Source: a virus
Strand: one strand, 5' to 3'
Length of the DNA stretch: 39,017 nucleotides
IMG/VR virus record: IMGVR_UViG_3300015242_000011
Location: 1 to 39,017 of that record
Part shown: positions 33,343-39,017 of the stretch, piece after piece
Numbering within the stretch: the stretch's first letter is position 1
How the letters are laid out: every line of letters starts with the position of its first letter
Notes under the pieces: generated by a model
The model's input: the letters and a program-made list of their open reading frames with translations, nothing else
Database searches by the model: none
Told to the model about the DNA's origin: nothing
Made by a program: the position numbers and the translations under genes

Positions 33343-33809
33343 TTGGCGATCGCCGTCCGGACTGCCGCGTCCCTCGACTCGAGCAGCTTGCGGAGCGCGA
33401 CGGTTCGCTCCGGGTTCCGCGGCAGCATCGCGACGATCGAGTACGCCGCGTGGCAGAACGGCTTGGAGACCGCCTGCAAGCGCTCGGGGAGATGTGCCCA
33501 GCCGAAGTATTGCAGGATCGGCTCGTTCTCGCCGTTCGCACCCCACGTCATCGAGAAGTCGCGCGCGAGGCGCTTGCAGGCCTTCAGGTCATCGACGATC
33601 GGCATCGTATCCGGCCAGTGGGTCAGCGTCGCTGAGACGATGCTGCATCCCTTCGTGGAGAGCATGTCGACGAAGGCCTTCGCCATGCTGTCCGGGTCAC
33701 CGCCGCTTCCGGCAGGATCGTTCGTGAGCGTCAGCAACTCGCCAGCCTTCGCCGTGCGGTCGGTGCCATGCCCACCGACGGCCTCGATCTCGATCTTGAA
33801 GTTTCCCAT
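33339..33809 (-). CDS. Hypothetical protein (156 aa)
   Basis: Clean ATG. First gene downstream of the third CGGATTAATAA element. Confidence 0.6.
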   Translation of the reverse strand: MGNFKIEIEAVGGHGTDRTAKAGELLTLTNDPAGSGGDPDSMAKAFVDMLSTKGCSIVSATLTHWPDTMPIVDDLKACKRLARDFSMTWGANGENEPILQYFGWAHLPERLQAVSKPFCHAAYSIVAMLPRNPERTVALRKLLESRDAAVRTAIAK

Positions 33810-33863
33810 GGCCTACGGTGGGCGACTCCGCGCCCGCTCGCAGCAACGAACGACCTGGGGTGG

Positions 33864-33874
33864 TTATTAATCCG
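33864..33874. promoter_or_regulatory. Third copy of the AT-rich 11-mer (TTATTAATCCG on the plus strand)
   Basis: Exact match to 25807-25817. It lies 55 nt upstream of the ATG at 33809 (56 nt at the scaffold gene). It overlaps the TAA stop of the RHH gene. Confidence 0.45.
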
Positions 33875-34049
33875 TGCGCGGCAGCGTCGACAGGAAGCGA
33901 CGGAGAGCCTCGCGGATGAGGTGCGAGCGGCTGATCTTCATGCGATCCGCGGCGGCGTCGATCGCGTCGAGCTCCTGGACGGGAAGGCAGAACGAGGCCT
34001 GGTCGACCCCTCCAGCGCGAATGCGGATCTTCCACGGCAAGCGACTCAC
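33867..34049 (-). CDS. Ribbon-helix-helix (CopG/Arc-like) DNA-binding protein (60 aa)
   Basis: Contains CLPVQELDAIDAAADRMKISRSHLIREALRRFL. GTG start. Confidence 0.6.
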   Translation of the reverse strand: MSRLPWKIRIRAGGVDQASFCLPVQELDAIDAAADRMKISRSHLIREALRRFLSTLPRTD

Positions 34050-34275
34050 GCGGTTCCCGATCGCCGCAACGACGCCCGGCCCCCACCACAGTGGCCGGTG
34101 CGACGATCACTTCGAGCCTACACGCTCCTCGGCCGGAGCGTGCTCGTCGGTATTGACGCACCGCATTGCCGGTCGCCTGGCCTGTGGTTCGATGAGTCCC
34201 AGCTCGATCGCCTTCGCGTAACCGTGCTTCCACACGTGGTAGCGTAGCGCGGCGTCTTGAATGCCTTGTGGAGGA

Positions 34276-34707
34276 TCAGGACGAGGTCACCCCATGGCGC
34301 ACCTCAGGCATCCGCGGACGCTCGCGGCGCCGCTTCTCTGCATCGAGCCAGACCTCGATGTGGTCGGGGTGATGCTCCAGGTAGAGCAGTGCGATCGCTC
34401 GGAGCTCCTCGATGCTCGCCTCATCAGCGAGCATCGCCAAGACGGTCATCATGACCGGAGATGCTTCGTCGAGCGCGTTGCGCTGCCTCATGCACGCGAG
34501 GTGGTCGCCGGCGAGCAGCTGCGGCATCGCGTTGTGCTCCGCCGCGATCGCGCGCGCATTGTCCGGCGCCTCGCCGCAGTCGGCCACCCAGAACTCGTCG
34601 GCGTCGAGCACGAGCCACCGGCCGTTCCCGTCGTCCACCGCCTTCCATGGTGCGGGCTGCGTGGCCGCCTTCGAGATGCGCTCGAGCTCGTCGAGATTGA
34701 GCGTCAT
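34276..34707 (-). CDS. Hypothetical protein (143 aa), Ead/Ea22-like pattern
   Basis: ATG in an ATGA overlap. APWKAVD...WVADCGE..NARAIAAEHNAMPQLL resembles lambdoid Ead/Ea22-like proteins (from memory). Confidence 0.5.
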   Translation of the reverse strand: MTLNLDELERISKAATQPAPWKAVDDGNGRWLVLDADEFWVADCGEAPDNARAIAAEHNAMPQLLAGDHLACMRQRNALDEASPVMMTVLAMLADEASIEELRAIALLYLEHHPDHIEVWLDAEKRRRERPRMPEVRHGVTSS

Positions 34708-34904
34708 GGCAGCAATGCTCCTTGGTAGCCGAGCGCGCGAGCGGCATCCGCGAACGCCGCGGACAACTCGGCCTCGATGATCTTCCAGTCGGACTTGACG
34801 TAGTCGATGGTGCCGACCGCCTTGGTCCAGCAGCGGTGCAGCGCGTTGTGCGCGCTGCGGTACCGGCGGAGCAGGTCGTCGACCGCCGCGTTGTACGCGG
34901 TCAT
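34704..34904 (-). CDS. Hypothetical protein (66 aa)
   Basis: ATGA overlaps at both ends. Confidence 0.55.
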   Translation of the reverse strand: MTAYNAAVDDLLRRYRSAHNALHRCWTKAVGTIDYVKSDWKIIEAELSAAFADAARALGYQGALLP

Positions 34905-35926
34905 TGAGAGACCTCCGGGAACGCGGCGTGCTGGACGCCGTCGAGGTAGGGCAGCTCGATGACGCCGCCGGCCTTCTCACGCGAGCCGCTTCCGAAGCAG
35001 ACGGTGCCGGTCGTGGCTTCGGGCTCGCTGTAGTACGTCGCCTGTTTCAGGAAGTACGGCACGCCGGCCGCCGCGCACTGGTCGCGCAGCGAGCGCAGCC
35101 ACGCGACGTCACACGGGCGCGCGCCGGGGCCGCTCTCGCAGCCGGCGATCACCCAGGCGATGCGCTGGCCGACCGGAGGACACGGCCTCCCCATGTCGGT
35201 TTGTTCTCCGGTCAGAGCATCGACCTGACACCACTGCCCGCCCTTCGCATCGTCGTCAAGATGGCGGAGGTTGGTCGGCCCGAGCAACGGCTCGCACGAC
35301 AGGAACCGCACCGCCGCCGGCGTCCGCAGGAGCTCGGGGATGCGCTCGTCGGCCGCGTCCTGGTTCTCGACGCTGACGCCCAACCAGACGTTCGGCAGCG
35401 GCCACGTGGGATAGGTGACGTGCCCGCGGTCGACATGATGCGTGTCGAGCCACGCGACGCACAGCCGGACTTCCATGTCGCGGGTGTCCTCGTAGTGGAC
35501 GACTGCCGCGTCGCGAGATCGACCAGCCTCGATGCTCATCCACTCGAACCACTCGCGCATGCGCTTCGCACGCTTCGTCAGCACCTGGAACGTGTGCTGC
35601 GGCGCGGCCGCCATGACGCCGAACACCGCGGCGATCTGCTCGTTCGTCAACCGCTCGTGAAACAGGTCGGACATCGAGTTGACGAACACGCGTTGCGGCT
35701 TGCGCCAGCGCAGCGGGTCCGCGAGGTGCTCGGCGACGAAGCGGACCTCGCCGGTCCAGCGTGGACCGGCCTGCCACACGACCAAGCCTTCGAACGCTTG
35801 CCCCGGGCCGCGGAACCGGTTGCCCTGTCGCTCGGCGTAGCAGTTGCGGCAGCCCTCTGAAACGCGCGAGCAACCGCGGATCGGGTTCCACGTCTTGTCG
35901 GTCCAGCTGATCGAGGTGTCACCCAC
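34901..35926 (-). CDS. Phage Gp37/Gp68 family (DUF5131) protein (341 aa)
   Basis: GTG 35924-35926 with GGAGG 6 nt upstream. The N-terminus ISWTDKTWNPIRGCSRVSEGCRNCYA carries the family's three-Cys motif. Confidence 0.85.
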   Translation of the reverse strand: MGDTSISWTDKTWNPIRGCSRVSEGCRNCYAERQGNRFRGPGQAFEGLVVWQAGPRWTGEVRFVAEHLADPLRWRKPQRVFVNSMSDLFHERLTNEQIAAVFGVMAAAPQHTFQVLTKRAKRMREWFEWMSIEAGRSRDAAVVHYEDTRDMEVRLCVAWLDTHHVDRGHVTYPTWPLPNVWLGVSVENQDAADERIPELLRTPAAVRFLSCEPLLGPTNLRHLDDDAKGGQWCQVDALTGEQTDMGRPCPPVGQRIAWVIAGCESGPGARPCDVAWLRSLRDQCAAAGVPYFLKQATYYSEPEATTGTVCFGSGSREKAGGVIELPYLDGVQHAAFPEVSQ

Positions 35927-36010
35927 GGTGAACCTCCGGGACAACGTCGTGGCGCTCCGGATGCGTGCGCGGGAGCAGGGCGGAACCATGGCGGGAGCGA
36001 CCACCGACCA

Positions 36011-36058
36011 CGGACTGAAAATCCGCGTGTCGTTGGTTCAACTCCGACCCTGGGCACC
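36011..36058 (+). other. attP core candidate: 3' half of a tRNA-Phe(GAA) gene
   Basis: CGGA-CTGAAAA-TCCGC-GTGTC-GTTGG-TTCAACT-CCGAC-CCTGGGC-A-CC. About 40/51 positions match E. coli tRNA-Phe from the anticodon stem to the 3' end. No D arm or 5' acceptor lies upstream. Confidence 0.7.
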
Positions 36059-36167
36059 GACGGTTTCTCGACGAGGATGGTGGGCTGGTGGTGGTCATGC
36101 TGATGTGTCTCCTTGGTAGGCTGGAGTGCGCAGCTTTGATATTCCGCCGTGACAACGTCCGTGACAG

Positions 36168-36788
36168 CTAAGTCGGCTTTGCGCGCGTCCTGCGGTGGCC
36201 TCCCGGCCGCCACCCACATCGCTCGGTGAGCGCGCACCGGAGGCAATCGCCCTGGCCGCGGGACGCGAATGCCGCCGCGATCTCGGCGCCGACGTCGGCC
36301 GAGAACCATTCGCCACGGACGCGGCGGTCGGCGAACCGGTCGTGCAGGACGGCCTCGAAGTCGCCGCCGGCGGCTAGCGCGACGAGGTGCACCGCGACCG
36401 GCGAGCCTCGATCGAGACCCCAGAGGCGCTGGACGATGTTCCGGGCGCGCCCGATCTTGAACAGCGCCGCCGGCAGATCGGCCTCGACCACGTAGGTCCA
36501 GTCAGCCTGTCGACACGCGATCGCGCTCATCATCTCGGTGGCCGCGCGCCGGTGTTGGTCGCGTTCTCGGCTCGCATAGGCGCGACCTCTGACGGCATCG
36601 CGCGAGGCGAAAAAGTCTCGCAGCTGCGCGATCGCACGCTCGTCGATCCTGATGGACCTGCCGATGCGCACGCTCTCGACCCGCCACAGGTTGCTGTAGA
36701 CCTGCGCCTCGCTGACGCCGAGCTGATCGGCGACCTCGCGAGCCGCGAACCTCTCGCGCTTCACCGGTTCTCTCTTCCACTTCGCCAT
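36168..36788 (-). CDS. Excisionase-type HTH fused to a T5orf172/GIY-YIG-like domain (206 aa)
   Basis: The N-terminus FAAREVADQLGVSEAQVYSNLWRVESVRIGRSIRI is HTH-like. The C-terminus has YVVEA...FKIGRARNIVQRL...EAVLHDRFADRRVRGEWF. Confidence 0.75.
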   Translation of the reverse strand: MAKWKREPVKRERFAAREVADQLGVSEAQVYSNLWRVESVRIGRSIRIDERAIAQLRDFFASRDAVRGRAYASRERDQHRRAATEMMSAIACRQADWTYVVEADLPAALFKIGRARNIVQRLWGLDRGSPVAVHLVALAAGGDFEAVLHDRFADRRVRGEWFSADVGAEIAAAFASRGQGDCLRCALTERCGWRPGGHRRTRAKPT

Positions 36789-36790
36789 GA

Positions 36791-37300
36791 TCAGAAGATC
36801 AACGCCGCTCCCAGGTCGGCGATGGCTCGTCGCATCCCGCCGGCGCCGGGGAACGGGTCGGCGATGGCGTCCTCTGGCTTGGCGTTGAGCAGCTGCAACA
36901 CCCACTGGCAGAACTCGGGCGACTTGGCTCCGGTCAGGCCTTTCTGCAGCGTGATGCGGCCAGAGAAGAAGTCCTTCGGCGTCGTCTGCTTGCCGCCCTT
37001 CTGTGGCGGCGGATGAGCGATATGCGGTGGATTCGCGCGGCTCGCGAACAGCACGGGTTCCCATGCGTAGGCCGGGCGGACGTCGAGCGGCGCGAACGGC
37101 AACAGCTGGCGGAGGCTCGGCGCGCTCGCCGAGAGCGCCCAGCCGTCGGGGTATTCGTCGACCAACCACTGAATCAGCAGCCGGTGCGTCTCAATGTCGT
37201 CCCAACATCGACCGTCGAACGGACGGAGCCGGTCGCCGTGCTGGTGGCCGTAGTAGCAGCAGCGACCGAAGTAGGGCGGATCGGCGTAGCAGAACTGCAT
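36791..37300 (-). CDS. Small DNA methyltransferase (169 aa; DPPY then FxGxG order)
   Basis: MQFCYADPPYFG places motif IV at residues 7-10, and ADPFPGAGG (motif I) lies near the C-terminus. TGATG overlap with the integrase stop. Confidence 0.7.
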   Translation of the reverse strand: MQFCYADPPYFGRCCYYGHQHGDRLRPFDGRCWDDIETHRLLIQWLVDEYPDGWALSASAPSLRQLLPFAPLDVRPAYAWEPVLFASRANPPHIAHPPPQKGGKQTTPKDFFSGRITLQKGLTGAKSPEFCQWVLQLLNAKPEDAIADPFPGAGGMRRAIADLGAALIF

Positions 37301-38406
37301 CACTCCTCCTCCGTCGGCGGCTTCGGCAGCTGCATCGCCGGGACCGCGGCGATCGCGTCGTCGAGGTTCTCCTGGGAGAGCCGCCCGTACACCTTCTCGA
37401 CCATGCGGGTGCTCGAGTGGCCCATCAGCGTCGCGACCACGAGCAGCTGCACGCCGTTCTGCACCAGCCAGCTCGCGAACGTGCGGCGCAGGTCGTTGGG
37501 GCTGACCCGCTTCACGCCGGCGTTGTCGCAGGCGGTGTGCAGCGCCCTCCGCACGTTGCCCCAGGGCGACACGACGCGGCCCGAGGCCTTGGGGCCAGCC
37601 GCCTCGAGCAGCGCGGCGAGCGTCGGCGCGATCGGCACCCACCGCGAGCGGGTCTCGCGCTTCTCACCGCGGAGCTTGAGCTTGCGCTTGGCGAGGTCGA
37701 CGTCCTTCCAGTCGAGGCTCTCGACCTCGCTCGCGCTGCCGCCGGCGAGCGCCGCGATGCTTACCCACAGCACCCGGTTCGCGGTCGGGACGTGCTCTCG
37801 CGTGCGCCTTCGTTGCTTGCGCCGCGCGCGCCGAGCTCGAGCGCCATCGTCTTCGAGGCCTGGGCGTCCGAGGTGCTGCACGACCTTCGAGAACTCCTCC
37901 GGCGTCAACCAGACCTCGCGCGGCTTGTACCGGGGCGAGTGGTTCGGCATCGGCGGCATCACCGGCAGCACGCCGCGGGCGTGCGACTCGCGGAGCGCCC
38001 GGCGGATCACGATGAGCTCCTTCTGGACCGTGTGCGGGCTCGCCTTGCCGTGCCCTTTCTCGTCCGACAGCCGGCGCGCGACGTAGCTCGATAGCATGTC
38101 GCGGGTGATGTCTTGGACGAACGGGTCGCCGAGCGTTGTGAGGATGCGGCGGCCCTTCTGTTCGTAGAAGGATCTGGTCGCGGCCGCGCGGTCGTGCATC
38201 ACGGTGATCACGTAGTCGATCGCCTCGCTCAACCGTTGCCGCCGCCCGCGAGCTTGAGGGGTCGCAGCCAGCTCGGCTTGGCGGAGCCGCTCCTTGGCGA
38301 CCGCCTTGTCCTTGGTTCGGAGGGTTCGCTGGACTCGCTTGCCTTCGGGGGTGGTGTAGTCGCCGTAGTAACTTCCGCCGGCGTGGCGTCGGTAGAGACG
38401 TCCCAT
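37300..38406 (-). CDS. int: Tyrosine recombinase / phage integrase (368 aa)
   Basis: From ATG 38404-38406. Arm-binding-type N-terminus YYGDYTTPEGKRVQRTLRTKDKAVAKERL. C-terminal catalytic region ...DLRRTFASWL...LMGHSSTRMVEKVYGRL (R, H-x-x-R, Y). The upstream ATATAT extension is a repeat shadow. Confidence 0.9.
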   Translation of the reverse strand: MGRLYRRHAGGSYYGDYTTPEGKRVQRTLRTKDKAVAKERLRQAELAATPQARGRRQRLSEAIDYVITVMHDRAAATRSFYEQKGRRILTTLGDPFVQDITRDMLSSYVARRLSDEKGHGKASPHTVQKELIVIRRALRESHARGVLPVMPPMPNHSPRYKPREVWLTPEEFSKVVQHLGRPGLEDDGARARRARRKQRRRTREHVPTANRVLWVSIAALAGGSASEVESLDWKDVDLAKRKLKLRGEKRETRSRWVPIAPTLAALLEAAGPKASGRVVSPWGNVRRALHTACDNAGVKRVSPNDLRRTFASWLVQNGVQLLVVATLMGHSSTRMVEKVYGRLSQENLDDAIAAVPAMQLPKPPTEEE

Positions 38407-38570
38407 GGGCGCTCCGTGTTCTTCGCAAGGTAGTCGGCGAGGTCGCGCTCGGCGACGCGCACGCAGCGGCCGATGTGGACGCGCGGCAAGGATTGGAGGA
38501 GGCGGTACGCGTGCGCTCTGGAGATGCCCAGGCGCTCGGCGAGATCGCGAGGTGTGAGGTAGCGGGTCAC
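38229..38570 (-). CDS. Excisionase-family HTH protein, Xis-like (113 aa)
   Basis: From GTG 38568-38570 (GTGA overlap with the repeat-ORF stop). Contains YLTPRDLAERLGISRAHAYRLLQSLPRVHIGRCVRVAERDLADYL. The C-terminal 59 codons overlap int out of frame. Confidence 0.6.
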   Translation of the reverse strand: MTRYLTPRDLAERLGISRAHAYRLLQSLPRVHIGRCVRVAERDLADYLAKNTERPWDVSTDATPAEVTTATTPPPKASESSEPSEPRTRRSPRSGSAKPSWLRPLKLAGGGNG

Positions 38571-39013
38571 GCACCACCACCGATTGCGCCGCACCCTCGG
38601 GAACACCCGAGCGCGATCTCGATCGCATCGGAGAGCGCGAGGCCGGGTGTTCCCTCGCGCGCGGCGCTCGTCGCGAGCGCGCACCGCGCGCCTCCGATCT
38701 CTTGCTCCGGGTAGCCGTCGCCGGAGCCGGAGCCGTAGCCGTAGCCGGAGCCGTAGCCGTAGCCGTAGCCGTAGCCGTCGCCGGAGCCGTAGCCGGAGCC
38801 GTAGCCGTAGCCGTAGCCGTCGCCGGAGCCGTCGCCGGAGCCGTCGCCGTAGCCGTAGCCGTAGCCGTAGCCGTAGCCGTCGCCGGAGCCGTAGCCGTCG
38901 CCGGAGCCGTCGCCGTAGCCGTAGCCGTAGCCGTAGCCGTCGCCGGAGCCGTCGCCATCGCCGTAGCCGGAGCCGTAGCGGTCTCGAGAACCTGCGCCGT
39001 GCAGAGCGCTCAC
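38567..39013 (-). CDS. Gly-X dipeptide-repeat protein (148 aa): 12-aa N-terminus, about 89 aa of (G-Y/D/S)n, 47-aa unique tail
   Basis: Its GTG lies 2 nt after the stop of orf 76-378 across the junction. Its stop forms a GTGA overlap with the Xis-like start. Of the three minus frames, only this one has C at every third position in the array. Confidence 0.5.
   Translation of the reverse strand: MSALHGAGSRDRYGSGYGDGDGSGDGYGYGYGYGDGSGDGYGSGDGYGYGYGYGYGDGSGDGSGDGYGYGYGSGYGSGDGYGYGYGYGSGYGYGSGSGDGYPEQEIGGARCALATSAAREGTPGLALSDAIEIALGCSRGCGAIGGGA
38711..38977. repeat. 267-bp uninterrupted hexanucleotide array (GTAGCC / GTCGCC / GGAGCC / ATCGCC units)
   Basis: 44.5 consecutive NNNGCC hexamers read directly. 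The array runs into the 77-nt terminal overlap. Confidence 0.95.
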
Positions 39014-39017
39014 GTTC

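Noticed and set aside
36009-36058. Functional phage-encoded tRNA-Phe
   Set aside because: Only the anticodon arm, variable loop, T-arm and 3' acceptor strand are present. The ~25 nt upstream cannot form a D arm or the 5' acceptor GCCCAGG.
35919-36155. 78-aa minus ORF (or a 59-aa version from ATG ~36099 with AAGGAG upstream) spanning the attP core
   Set aside because: It has a Ser/Arg/Pro-rich low-complexity translation and reads antisense through the tRNA fragment. It would be split by integration. It is kept only as a remote possibility because of the SD-like AAGGAG.
38407-38958. 184-codon upstream extension of the integrase ORF, reading (Ala-Thr/Pro)n through the hexamer array
   Set aside because: The integrase has a canonical arm-binding N-terminus starting at the ATG at 38406. 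The extension is Arg-rich junk followed by the repeat read in a frame with A/T third positions. It is an open frame only because the hexamers contain no stop in that phase.
38711-38977. Possible CRISPR array or other spaced repeat
   Set aside because: The units are 6 nt long and directly abutting, with no spacers, leader or cas genes. This is a microsatellite-type tandem array.

Overview
The window is visibly GC-rich (roughly two-thirds G+C by eye, not computed). nt 1-77 are identical to nt 38941-39017, so it is a circularly closed replicon of 38,940 unique bp. The gene content is that of a complete temperate, podovirus-like phage in its free or excised form, with attP intact. The modules around the circle are as follows. 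(i) A minus-strand early-left operon of nine tiny, translationally coupled ORFs (2542->665). It lies behind a CI-like/Cro-like switch (2616-3624) that carries two copies of a GTCTCA-N5-TGAGAC palindrome. (ii) A convergent lipoprotein moron (3633-4232). (iii) A plus-strand replication operon (4286-7770): an HNH-like nuclease, a replisome organiser with internal iterons plus (GTTGCT)6, a DnaC-like loader, a G39P-like protein and a zinc-finger/RHH protein. (iv) One long minus-strand virion and lysis operon (25751->7736): scaffold, capsid, adaptor-like proteins, a 1150-aa tail protein, a fibre with an S74 chaperone domain, two large internal proteins, an FG-GAP lipoprotein, a holin-like protein, a lipoprotein and an NlpC/CHAP endolysin. 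(v) A divergent portal-TerL operon (25837-29553), separated from (iv) by an AT-rich palindromic island. (vi) A minus-strand accessory operon (35926->29550): Gp37/Gp68, RHH, two tandem HNH genes, a GNAT and a zinc-ribbon protein. (vii) An integration module: a tRNA-Phe 3'-half attP (36011-36058), an HTH-T5orf172 protein, a small DPPY methyltransferase, a tyrosine integrase, an Xis-like HTH, and a 267-bp hexanucleotide array. This array most likely encodes a Gly-X dipeptide-repeat protein and spans the circular junction. The most unusual items are the Gly-X repeat ORF, the modification/nuclease cargo on both flanks of attP, the AT-rich CGGATTAATAA elements, a second tRNA-like fragment, and the truncated repressor paralogue. 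All functional calls come from motifs read by eye. No database search was possible.
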